A stretch of DNA of 64,000 nt from Candidatus Helarchaeota archaeon (GTDB lineage Archaea > Asgardarchaeota > Lokiarchaeia > Helarchaeales > RDOG01): positions 1 through 64,000 of the forward strand of contig JALGVI010000018.1 of assembly GCA_029838215.1 (NCBI GenBank), written 5' to 3'. The notes beneath the pieces are model-generated. The model saw only the letters and a list, made by a program, of their open reading frames with translations, ran no database searches and was not told the DNA's origin. Every line of letters begins with the position of its first letter. Within the stretch, counting starts at the first letter, position 1. The position numbers were made by a program, and so were the translations under genes. Below, piece by piece: positions 20,218 to 28,935 of the stretch.

Positions 20218-20485
20218 GTTTCTCAGATCGAGGACTGATGCAGCTGCAGCAATGACCATCAGAGCAAACTGAGAAACACACCTGACAGGAGTAACTCTTA
20301 AATTCCATTAAAATGGGCTCTCCTTAAGGAAAGAGGTACCTCCTCCCTATGATAGCGAGTCAGCTTACCCAAATGGAAGACAGGTTACTCACAAAAAAAC
20401 TGGCAAAAACCCTGCATTCGAGAGAACTTGATTGAGAGACTGGTTTGACCAATCAATGAGATCAAGCGTTAGTGCTTGGGGCACA
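20218..20485 (+). ncRNA. Three-hairpin H/ACA pseudouridylation guide RNA
   Basis: Three consecutive stem-internal loop-stem hairpins, each followed by ACA (20278-80, 20391-93, 20483-85). Hairpin 3 has a K-turn. The hairpin 1 pocket (AUCGAGG / GCAAA) matches archaeal 23S UUUGC-UA-CCUCGAU. Confidence 0.85.
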
Positions 20486-20491
20486 GCCAGT

Positions 20492-21343
20492 TTAATCCTT
20501 TTTTACTAAAATATCGAGAACAACGTGATACACGTGGGGTTTAAAACTTTTCACGCGAACGACTTTCAGCAGTTCAATTTCTCGGTTGTAATCATCTGCA
20601 ACTTGTTGAACCGAGTGAAATAAGGGATTTTCCTCATCAGTATCGCTTAATAAACCTTCATAATGGATGAAAGCATCACCCTCCGTGAGAACTTGAAAAG
20701 CAACGGGCAGTGCATCTTTGGGCGCGGGGAGAATTCCCATTATAACGCGATCGGCGATATTACCAATCTTTGGAGCTTCAATCTTGCAATCTCCAAGAAT
20801 TGGCGTTATTTTATCGTCTAATTTGTTTAATTTGATGTTTCTCTTTAAATAATAGTAGGATGTCGGATTGATTTCAAATGCATAGACTTGCTCGGGATTC
20901 GCAAACCGGGCGATGTTCAAACTGAAATACCCTATTCCTGCAAAAAAATCAAAAACTATTTCACCATCTCGTACCAATTCGGGGATTCTTCTGCGCTCAT
21001 TTATATTTCCCTTGCTAAACATGATTTTTGCACAATCAAATTCATATATCGTGCCATGCTCCTTGTGTTGCGTCTCTGTTGAATCACCGATTAATAATTC
21101 CACTTGTGGCATGCGGTGTTGTCCCGTGATTTCCCCCACGTTTAAACAAACTGTCTTGCAATTCGAAATTAATTTTTTAACTTGGCTTGCAATGGCTTGT
21201 TTTTTTACCCATAATTTCTTATCTAAGTTTAAAATCACGACAGAGCCCACTTGTTGGTAGCCCTTCGGAAGGATAGACAATTCATCTTGAGCTAGAACAT
21301 TTCGTAGATTCTGACGAAGTTTTTCCCGGAATGTTTGCTTCAT
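20492..21343 (-). CDS. Trm5/Taw2 (TYW2) family SAM-dependent tRNA-modifying enzyme
   Basis: HKEHGTIYEFDCAKIMFSKGN...ER, VFDFFAGIGYFSL, FEINP, ADRVIMG. Confidence 0.88.
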   Translation of the reverse strand: MKQTFREKLRQNLRNVLAQDELSILPKGYQQVGSVVILNLDKKLWVKKQAIASQVKKLISNCKTVCLNVGEITGQHRMPQVELLIGDSTETQHKEHGTIYEFDCAKIMFSKGNINERRRIPELVRDGEIVFDFFAGIGYFSLNIARFANPEQVYAFEINPTSYYYLKRNIKLNKLDDKITPILGDCKIEAPKIGNIADRVIMGILPAPKDALPVAFQVLTEGDAFIHYEGLLSDTDEENPLFHSVQQVADDYNREIELLKVVRVKSFKPHVYHVVLDILVKKD

Positions 21344-21825
21344 TTGTGAAGAAGCCTTCCTCTAACATCTATTTCCTTCTTCCGAACTCGCGTGGAAGAT
21401 ATCGGCTTGCCATCTTCTGCAAGGACCATGTCGACTTCGATGAATTTTAATGGAAAAAGATTTCGTTTTTTCCGAATCGCATTGATTTTTTCTTCCATGT
21501 GGCTGGTTTCCTTGCTAACAACTATCGCTTCAAGCCCTGCATCCTCTATTGCGGGTCCAAAAGCATCGGTTAACATTACTATTTCGAATCGTTCGTCATA
21601 ACCCTGCGATTTCAAGTAATTTATCATGTTTTCCTTTCTGATCTCAAATGATGGTATGAGATGCTTTAATTTTTTAGAAACGAGCATTTCATCGCTGGTC
21701 AAGCCAATCATTACACGCTCACTTTGTTCAAAAGCAATGCGGATCAGGGTCTGATGTCCTTGATGAAGGTCTGCGAAGGTTCCCGAACAACCAACTAATT
21801 TAAATTTTGGCGAGGTTAACACCAA
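21340..21825 (-). CDS. coaD: Archaeal phosphopantetheine adenylyltransferase
   Basis: SGTFADLHQGH, IGLTSD, DAFGPA, AIVVSKET, ISSTRVR. Confidence 0.9.
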   Translation of the reverse strand: MVLTSPKFKLVGCSGTFADLHQGHQTLIRIAFEQSERVMIGLTSDEMLVSKKLKHLIPSFEIRKENMINYLKSQGYDERFEIVMLTDAFGPAIEDAGLEAIVVSKETSHMEEKINAIRKKRNLFPLKFIEVDMVLAEDGKPISSTRVRKKEIDVRGRLLHK

Positions 21826-22980
21826 CTACGTGCTTGATTCAGATGGAACTGATGTTGGACGGAGTTTTGTTTTCAGGGGTTTTTCTAATTTTGTATCAAA
21901 AATCCTAAATACGATGAGACTTGACCCGCATTTATTGCACTTTTCGTCTTCAATTTTGTAAATGTAGTCGCCCTCCTTGAACTCGCGGATTTGGCTGAAA
22001 TTACATTCTGTATTCTCACAATGTACCTGAACTTGTGTTTCATGCTCAATTTTGCGTTTTATGACCTTACTTTTAATTTTAGGAGGCTTTTCTGCATGTT
22101 TTTTCTTTTGAAGGACTTCGACGACTTGCTTTATCATTAATGGTGCACCGCATTTCTCACAAGTCTCCTGAAGCTGTTTCATCATGTAATCGCCTTCCTG
22201 AAATTCTCGAGTTGTTTCAAAACTGCAATGTTTTTCGCTCGTACAAGCAAGGACCGTTCTTGAAACTCTTTGATGTTTCGGTTTTTTAATCGGAATTGAT
22301 TTTATCTTTGCGTATTTCGCCTCTTTTTTGACCAATGGTTCTGATTCTTTTAAAATGTGATCCGAAATTTCGAGAATCTTCATTTGTTGTCCGCATTGTG
22401 AACAGGTTTGCTCCACGGGCTTGAAAATATAGTCCGATTCTTCATGTGCACGTGAAATTTTTTCATCACATTCGTGGTTTAAGCAACCAATTACGGTTTC
22501 GGTTCGGTATTTTTTCCGTTGCTTGAATTTTCCAACACGAAATTTTTCATAATCGGGAGGTTTTGGGGGCTTTTTTAAGGGAGTATGAACGATTGCGGAA
22601 ATGTAATAAGGTTGATTGCATTGAATACATGTTTCATCTAATTCCTTGAAAACGTGATCGCCTTTTTTGAAATCCCTGATGATGATTTCTTCGCAAGAAG
22701 ATGGTGAACTGCATTTCAAAATTGAAAATGTTTCTCGCTTGATTACCAATTTTCTTGTTCCGAGAAACGACATCACGAATATCCCTGCCATCATGAGAAT
22801 AAAACCAACTGATAGCAAGGCTCCTGAAATAATAGCGCTAATTTCTTGAGGGATGCCAAAAAATTGTGTTGGATTCAGGTAAAAAGAAAGCAAGAGCATG
22901 ATTGCTCCTGTAACGACGATTATGAAACCGATCGTTTGAAAAAGTTTTGAAGCCTTTGTTAGTTCGCCTTCTTCGCTCAT
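21826..22980 (-). CDS. Membrane-anchored protein with four tandem Cys4 (Zn-ribbon-like) repeats
   Basis: Two N-terminal TM helices, then four units of C-x4/5-C...R[DEA][FH]..[GS]D[YH]..K....CxxC. Confidence 0.8.
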   Translation of the reverse strand: MSEEGELTKASKLFQTIGFIIVVTGAIMLLLSFYLNPTQFFGIPQEISAIISGALLSVGFILMMAGIFVMSFLGTRKLVIKRETFSILKCSSPSSCEEIIIRDFKKGDHVFKELDETCIQCNQPYYISAIVHTPLKKPPKPPDYEKFRVGKFKQRKKYRTETVIGCLNHECDEKISRAHEESDYIFKPVEQTCSQCGQQMKILEISDHILKESEPLVKKEAKYAKIKSIPIKKPKHQRVSRTVLACTSEKHCSFETTREFQEGDYMMKQLQETCEKCGAPLMIKQVVEVLQKKKHAEKPPKIKSKVIKRKIEHETQVQVHCENTECNFSQIREFKEGDYIYKIEDEKCNKCGSSLIVFRIFDTKLEKPLKTKLRPTSVPSESST

Positions 22981-24128
22981 GAACCCACACCAATGGTGTT
23001 ACCGACTCCACAGATTATGATGGAATCTCCTTCTTTTGTCCGTTTAATGATGCCTTCTTTTATTAATTCTATCGCAACAGGAACTGCGTCAGCTATCTCT
23101 TTTTTCATTGGACCGTAAGCATCTTCTTCTGATTCTTTAATGACGTATCCATCCATGGGTATCTTGTACTTCGTGCCACCCTCTTCAATCTTGAACTTTT
23201 CTACACCAGGTCCGCCAATAACTGCTCCCACGCCTTCTATTACATCGCCTGTTTTCTCACCTTCAAGCTTTAAGCCCGCATCAACCATGAAAAGTCTCGA
23301 AATCTTACCTTCATGTTCATCGAGTAGTTTCTTAATGGCTTCACCAGGCTTGCCAACGGTACCACCGGGACCTCTTGCCCTTATTAAATAGGCATGACGT
23401 CCTTCAATGTCTATTTCCGCAATATCGGTATCTTCAACATAATCTTTTATGATTTTGGAATTTGAATCCTTATATTGATGGAAAAATGAAGCAGTAACGA
23501 GCGGTCCAATGCCATCTCCAATGGGTTTTCCAACCGAAAAAGCCTTTAATGCTTCCATGATGGCATTAGCAATTTTCATAATGAGGGCAAGTTGCATTTG
23601 GATCTGCATGATGACCATGATTGAATTAGTTTTTTTCCCTAAGATGTAATAATGCCGCACGATCCTGTAAATCAAGTTGAGAGAAACGGCTGCTTCTAGC
23701 GTGCTCTCAATATTTTCTCGTTCCACGCGGCTAGCTTTCGGTGCAATATTTAAAACGTGACTCCGGAACCGGTTCTGGCGCATGTCCAACACGCGTTCTA
23801 AACGCCAAACCACGCCAGCAGGATCTAAACTTACAGGCTGTACCATGAAGAATTCTAAAAGATCTCCAACTGCTGCACGTGGATGAATTTCGGGAATGCT
23901 GAATTTTTGAATGAGGTTAATTACTATCTCACGTCCCTCATGAGCAAGAGTCTGCAATTTTCCCACGGCTCCTTGAATGGCACGTAAATACGTGTAACTC
24001 TGAATTTTGGTCCCGTAGAACAAAAATGCAATGAAAAACACGTAAAAGCCAATTTGAAAAATCAAATTGATAACTGACATTACTGGGTCTGTCGTTCCCG
24101 TAGATGGTAGAAACAAAACATCTAGCAT
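22977..24128 (-). CDS. DUF1512-family protein
   Basis: N-terminal TM, FMVQPVSLDPAGVV, GKPIGDGIGPLV, GPGGTVGKPGEA, MVDAGLKLEGEKTG, CGVGNTIGV. Confidence 0.85.
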   Translation of the reverse strand: MLDVLFLPSTGTTDPVMSVINLIFQIGFYVFFIAFLFYGTKIQSYTYLRAIQGAVGKLQTLAHEGREIVINLIQKFSIPEIHPRAAVGDLLEFFMVQPVSLDPAGVVWRLERVLDMRQNRFRSHVLNIAPKASRVERENIESTLEAAVSLNLIYRIVRHYYILGKKTNSIMVIMQIQMQLALIMKIANAIMEALKAFSVGKPIGDGIGPLVTASFFHQYKDSNSKIIKDYVEDTDIAEIDIEGRHAYLIRARGPGGTVGKPGEAIKKLLDEHEGKISRLFMVDAGLKLEGEKTGDVIEGVGAVIGGPGVEKFKIEEGGTKYKIPMDGYVIKESEEDAYGPMKKEIADAVPVAIELIKEGIIKRTKEGDSIIICGVGNTIGVGS

Positions 24129-24583
24129 GTTAATCACTTAATTCTAATATCATTCCTTATATTATTCATAAATAATGAATTTGGTTCTTTCCTATCATTT
24201 CCGATAAAAATTCTGTTCATCCAAAAATTGCTAGGAGTGAACTTGATCTAATCATTCAATAAGATTCGTCCTTAAATACTTATCTTTTCAGGTTAGTCCT
24301 TCGTGATGTTAAACTTGCTCATTCTTCTCTTACCACGCGGTCAATTTCCTACGTGTATATTAGGTCCGTTCCAAGGAAACTCGGGATTTTTTTCGGTGGC
24401 ATGAATTGATTGATATTCCTGCTTCAATTTTAATTTAATGGAACGATTCTTTGATTATCAACCGTTAAATTTCAGTTAATGAAAAATTTAAAAATTGTTA
24501 TGTCGTTAAATCATTATCGTTAAAGGAATGTTAAACACTACTTTAACAGAAGATATTGCTATGTTACCGAGCCGGGCGCCGAA

Positions 24584-24706
24584 TTAAGCCTGGACGCGGT
24601 CTTGATGGTATTGTTGTGGGCGACCCAACGAGAAGTCTTGATGGCTGTCCTTTCGGGGACGGTCATAGGTCCTGGGAACCATCCGTTCTCATCCCGAACA
24701 CGGTAA
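24584..24706 (+). rRNA. rrf: Circularly permuted 5S rRNA (3' half precedes 5' half; precursor about 24562-24725)
   Basis: The 3' part (UUAAGCCUGGAC...GGCUGUCC) comes first, then U-UUCG-G, then the 5' part (GGACGGUCAUAG...CAUCCCGAACACGG). The complementary flanks form a BHB motif. Confidence 0.92.
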
Positions 24707-24804
24707 AGCGCGGCTCGGCATCTAACACAATTCAAGCATTGCATCATTTTGTTTTTTCTCAACTATAAATCTTCATTTCACCAATTATTCCGCGCTTTTT
24801 ATGT

Positions 24805-25008
24805 TCATTTTTCCGTGAGGATCTTCTTAAAGCATCGAGCACACGTGAACTTGTTGTCGTGAATAAAAGTATTCATTTCATTCAACGTCCACAATTCACA
24901 AACGTGACACTTAGCACGAAATCTGGCAAAACTCAAGTATCGCTCTATTCTAATGGTACCATACGGGGTATCCAACGTGTAAGATCGTTTCACTCTAGGC
25001 ATCTTCAT
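24805..25008 (-). CDS. Small Zn-finger protein
   Basis: 67 aa with CHVC...CARC. Confidence 0.6.
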   Translation of the reverse strand: MKMPRVKRSYTLDTPYGTIRIERYLSFARFRAKCHVCELWTLNEMNTFIHDNKFTCARCFKKILTEK

Positions 25009-25023
25009 TCAATTTTATCAATT

Positions 25024-25518
25024 TCATCCTAAAATATATCCCAACTTTTTGACAAGGTTTCTTCGTGCTTCTCGTTGAACATCGTTTTCTATTGAATCAA
25101 CTGCCTGTCCATCCACGACTCCGATGATCGCATTTCCCAAGGAAGTTTTTCCGATTATCACTTGAATTGGGTTGGCGGATGCAACGTAAATTCCACAAAC
25201 TCCGGAAACATTACGTAGCGTGGGAAGGACATTCACGGGAAATGCGTCATTCATAAAAGTCACAAAAACATGAGAGGCACCAATCTGTTGAGCACTAATG
25301 GAAGCCAATTTTCCCAAACGCTCATCATTTGCATTAAATCGAACCAATTTTGGTTCCGCTTCATTCATTGCCACGGCAACTTTAATGCCGGGAACCGCGG
25401 TCAATAAGTCCCGAAAGATATTATCGACAGTATAGATCGAAAAATTGGCTTGACCAATTATTACTTGATCTCGTGGTTCTTTTTCAATATTAATGACTTC
25501 AAACTTGATTTCGGACAT
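25024..25518 (-). CDS. Adenosine-specific kinase family protein (former DUF355)
   Basis: VIIGQANF...AVAMNEA...VRFNAND...IGASHVFV...FPVNVL...IYVASANP...IIGVVDG. Confidence 0.85.
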   Translation of the reverse strand: MSEIKFEVINIEKEPRDQVIIGQANFSIYTVDNIFRDLLTAVPGIKVAVAMNEAEPKLVRFNANDERLGKLASISAQQIGASHVFVTFMNDAFPVNVLPTLRNVSGVCGIYVASANPIQVIIGKTSLGNAIIGVVDGQAVDSIENDVQREARRNLVKKLGYILG

Positions 25519-25832
25519 GATTCATCTCCTCTTTCTCATTCTCGACTATTCTTTATAGAATCATCGACAAGTACAAGTTAAAAATCTGACTTTTAAGCTT
25601 TCTCAATGCAAGAGCGAAAATCAGTTCACGACTTGACCGATTGCTTGCAAACATAAAAAAAGATCAGGAAAACAAATTGGTTTAAATCGTTTCTACATGG
25701 ATTGCAAAGCTTTCGTAGTTCTTTGGCATCGATCTGATCAAGAACCTTTTCGTCCCAATACATGTTTACATTCTTGAAACGCGAAGCTCAAAAACATGAG
25801 TAACATCCTGATACATGTTCAGTTCTTCTTGG

Positions 25833-27812
25833 TTAGTAATAGAATGGTATTAATCGGAGAGCGTGTGCGAAAATCCCTCCTATTAGAAGAGCGAAACCAA
25901 TTTCAACTAACGTTATGATAAATGCTTTTTTATAGCCGTGTTCTCGAACGAGTACTGCGATTGTAGCGATACAAGGAATGTAAAACATGGCAACGAGACA
26001 AAGCGTGATCGCCTGTATGGGAGTTAAAAATGTTGATGCCGGAAGAAGGATTGCCAACTGAACTAAAATTAGTTCTTTCCGCAAGGCGCCTAAAATTAGC
26101 AAGAAACCAACTTCAATGGGAAGACCTAACCAAAGAACCGTGAGGGGACTGAAAAAGAAATCTATGATTGGCAAAATCGAAAAAATTTCCAAGATCTTCA
26201 CGACAACACCACTTATTATTATGTAAGGAAATGCAATGTAGATGAAATCCTTGGCTCGGAACCACGTTTGCTTGAGAACTACTCGGGCAGATGGTCTTCT
26301 ATAAGAGTGCATCTCCATTATGAGTCCTGAAGGTTCTCCAGGGATCGCCTTGAATGCAATTCTTCCGAAAAGAAAAACTATGAGAAGGTTAAAGAGATAA
26401 ATGAATGCCGCCCATCCAAAACCAAATAGACCATACGGACCAAGAAGCCCAAGCACCACCACGCTTACAGCCGCGCACGGCACCATCGAAGCTACAAATG
26501 CCGAAAGCAGTCGTTCCCGATGAGTCTCCATTATTCTGCAGCCGAGGCACCCCGTGACATTACACCCATATCCGAGGATCATTGGAATGAATGCTTTTCC
26601 GTGTAAGCCCACGCGATGCATTAGGTTATCCATTAGAAAAGCAATTCTCGTGAGGTAACCGGAATCCTCTAAGATCGCCAAGATGATGAAGAAAGGCACG
26701 ACATACGGAAGCACGATCGTGATGCCACCAAGAAGACCTTCAATTGCAGCCCAAATCAAATCGCCGGTTACCGTGAACGGAACGGTAAAAGAAGGTGCTG
26801 CACTTATTGCACTGGCTGTCAAGAATTCAATTGTAGGTTGTATTCCCACGAAGATATAGTCATCGAAGATGGAAGAGATGACATCTCCAAGCATGAAGAT
26901 CGTGAGAAATGTTGCCCCGACAACGAGAATCATGAAAAGGAAACCCCAGACGGGATGTGTTGTTAGTTGCTCGAATTTTTTCATGATGGATTGTCTCTCG
27001 GGTTTCTGAATCGTGATTACGGCGTGAGCAATTCGATTTATCATTGTATATTTCTCAGAAGTCATGACGAGTGCATATGGTTCCCCGTGTATTGCCTCAA
27101 GTTCTTGCGTGTGTGGAACAATTCTTTCCAGAATTTCTGGATTCGTATTTTGCAATTCTTTTATGATTTCAGAATCATTTTCGAGAATTTTAATGGCTAT
27201 CCAGCGAGTGGGGTACTTCAAATCAACATCCTTAACCAAATTTGAAACGTGGTTTACCTCTCTTTCAATTTCCTTCCCGAATTTTATTATCGGTGGCATG
27301 ACGGGATGTTCTTTAATTTCAATAATTTTATTCACGAGCTCGGTAACCCCCTCTCCAGTTCGGGCGACAGTTTCAATAACGGGAATGCCCAAGACATCCT
27401 CAAGCTTCTTCGTATCTATTTTTATTCCTTTTTTCTTTGCAACATCCATTAAATTTAACACGAGAATGAGGGGGCGTCCCAATTCCAACAATTGAAGCGT
27501 AAAAAAGAGATTTCTTTCTAAAACAGACGCGTCAACGACATTTATGACAATATCCGGTTGTTCTAAAGCGATGTACTCCCGCGATACGATCTCTTCCAAG
27601 GAATATGTTGAAAGGGAATAAATACCCGGCAAGTCAATCATCTCAATTCTATAATCCTTGAATATAAAATGACCTTCTGCTTTTGTAACGGTTTTTCCGG
27701 GCCAATTCCCAATGATCTGAGACATTCCCGTAAGCTGATTAAAAATTAGACTCTTTCCCACGTTAGCATTGCCTGCCAAGGCTACTTTTATCCGCTTATA
27801 CTCTTTCTCCAT
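25833..27812 (-). CDS. feoB: Ferrous iron transporter FeoB
   Basis: GNANVGKS, GNWPGKTV, DLPGIYSL, a membrane domain with LEDSGY, GYGCNV and FYIPCIAT. Confidence 0.97.
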   Translation of the reverse strand: MEKEYKRIKVALAGNANVGKSLIFNQLTGMSQIIGNWPGKTVTKAEGHFIFKDYRIEMIDLPGIYSLSTYSLEEIVSREYIALEQPDIVINVVDASVLERNLFFTLQLLELGRPLILVLNLMDVAKKKGIKIDTKKLEDVLGIPVIETVARTGEGVTELVNKIIEIKEHPVMPPIIKFGKEIEREVNHVSNLVKDVDLKYPTRWIAIKILENDSEIIKELQNTNPEILERIVPHTQELEAIHGEPYALVMTSEKYTMINRIAHAVITIQKPERQSIMKKFEQLTTHPVWGFLFMILVVGATFLTIFMLGDVISSIFDDYIFVGIQPTIEFLTASAISAAPSFTVPFTVTGDLIWAAIEGLLGGITIVLPYVVPFFIILAILEDSGYLTRIAFLMDNLMHRVGLHGKAFIPMILGYGCNVTGCLGCRIMETHRERLLSAFVASMVPCAAVSVVVLGLLGPYGLFGFGWAAFIYLFNLLIVFLFGRIAFKAIPGEPSGLIMEMHSYRRPSARVVLKQTWFRAKDFIYIAFPYIIISGVVVKILEIFSILPIIDFFFSPLTVLWLGLPIEVGFLLILGALRKELILVQLAILLPASTFLTPIQAITLCLVAMFYIPCIATIAVLVREHGYKKAFIITLVEIGFALLIGGIFAHALRLIPFYY

Positions 27813-28536
27813 TCGGTTCAACTTCGATCATGACTTTATTGGCAATTGCATGTCCTAATACATAGTGCGTATCTCTCACGAAAATTTCAAGGGCGCCACC
27901 AAACGGACTCGTCCGAACAACAGAAACCGGAGTGCCCTTTGTGAGTCCTAAATGAGTCAATCGTTGTGTCTTGCGCCATCCACAGTGAATTTCATGAACT
28001 TTACCTTCTTCACCCGGTTTCAACCATGTTAGAGGGATAATTCTTTTACCCGTAATTTTATTTGCAATGAATATTCTCTTTAAGAGAGGACCCCAACCTC
28101 GACGCCCTCTATGACGAGCAAGATGATTGAGCTCGTGCATGGGATTCACTGCCTTCTTTCCGTGTCTTTTTCGCGATGATGTCATGAACTGTTCTAGTTT
28201 TGTTGCCATTTCATCCGACACGTAATGTTCCAGTTTTTCTGATTCCTCATGTGCTTTTTCTTTATCATAATGCAGGAAATATTTGAGGAAGTCTTCAAAC
28301 AATTCATGCTTTTGGTATATCTTTTTTGCAAGTTTCAATCCTTTTTCCGTGAGCTTTATGCCTTTATCATCTCTAACGATGAGTTCTTTTTTTATGAGTA
28401 GATCCACCACGTCTAAAATTTCATCGCTAATGTTTTCTTTATCCAACATTTTAATATAATCTTCTATTTTAACGTAATCATCCTGTCCCAAGATATATAT
28501 CACTTTGATGTAGTTTTCTATCGTTTCCTGTTCCAT
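27796..28536 (-). CDS. DtxR/MntR-family metal-dependent regulator with C-terminal FeoA domain
   Basis: ENYIKVIY, LTEKG...IYQKHELFEDFL, SEKLEHYVS, and FeoA-like RLTHLGLTKGTPV...PFGGALEI. Confidence 0.88.
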   Translation of the reverse strand: MEQETIENYIKVIYILGQDDYVKIEDYIKMLDKENISDEILDVVDLLIKKELIVRDDKGIKLTEKGLKLAKKIYQKHELFEDFLKYFLHYDKEKAHEESEKLEHYVSDEMATKLEQFMTSSRKRHGKKAVNPMHELNHLARHRGRRGWGPLLKRIFIANKITGKRIIPLTWLKPGEEGKVHEIHCGWRKTQRLTHLGLTKGTPVSVVRTSPFGGALEIFVRDTHYVLGHAIANKVMIEVEPNGERV

Positions 28537-28648
28537 TGTAACACCAAATGAATGATCAATCTCAATTTCGCATCGGAAAAATTAGGGACGCCTAACTTTA
28601 TAAATTTTAGGTTCACCTAATTTATAACCACTCAAAAAATTAATATAA

Positions 28649-28921
28649 TTATCCCCCGCCAAGAGATCGCAAGATATGGATTTCATCACCATCTTTAAGA
28701 TGCTTTTGAAGCTCTTCTGGCAATTCAATCCTATTACCATTCAATAATATTACTGGACTTCCTTCATTGCTGGTAAGCATGTGAATTAAACTCAAACCAA
28801 CACGTTTTTCAACCTTTTTCAGAAGATCCTTAACGGTTGAACCGTTTTTTAGCCTGATGTTGAGATCTTTCTTTAGGAATTTATTCATGAACCGACCATG
28901 AGTTGCCACGATGATCTTCAT
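28649..28921 (-). CDS. MoaD/ThiS ubiquitin-like sulfur carrier
   Basis: ILLNG...LKDGDEIHIL, ending in GGG. Downstream of aor. Confidence 0.88.
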   Translation of the reverse strand: MKIIVATHGRFMNKFLKKDLNIRLKNGSTVKDLLKKVEKRVGLSLIHMLTSNEGSPVILLNGNRIELPEELQKHLKDGDEIHILRSLGGG

Positions 28922-28935
28922 CTGTTCAAAATCAC

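Noticed and set aside
20218-20485. RNase P RNA, SRP RNA or C/D-box RNA as the identity of this structured region
   Set aside because: There are no GAGGAAAGUCC or AACAGAA motifs, no SRP helix 8 motif and no proper C/D box layout. Three ACA-tailed hairpins fit H/ACA.
24584-24706. Two broken tandem 5S copies instead of one permuted gene
   Set aside because: The halves are non-redundant and sum to one 5S. They are joined by a UUCG-capped helix and bounded by a BHB that ligates to the right length, which is unlikely for random decay. Read support is still needed.
24556-24768. ORF-track ORFs 24556..24768 (+) and 24559..24762 (-)
   Set aside because: Both overlay the permuted 5S rRNA and have no protein-like features. 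They are shadows of GC-rich RNA.
25626-25763. 45-aa minus-strand ORF with CNPC downstream of feoB (FeoC-like?)
   Set aside because: It is short, has only one CxxC, has no clear SD and matches no recognisable family.
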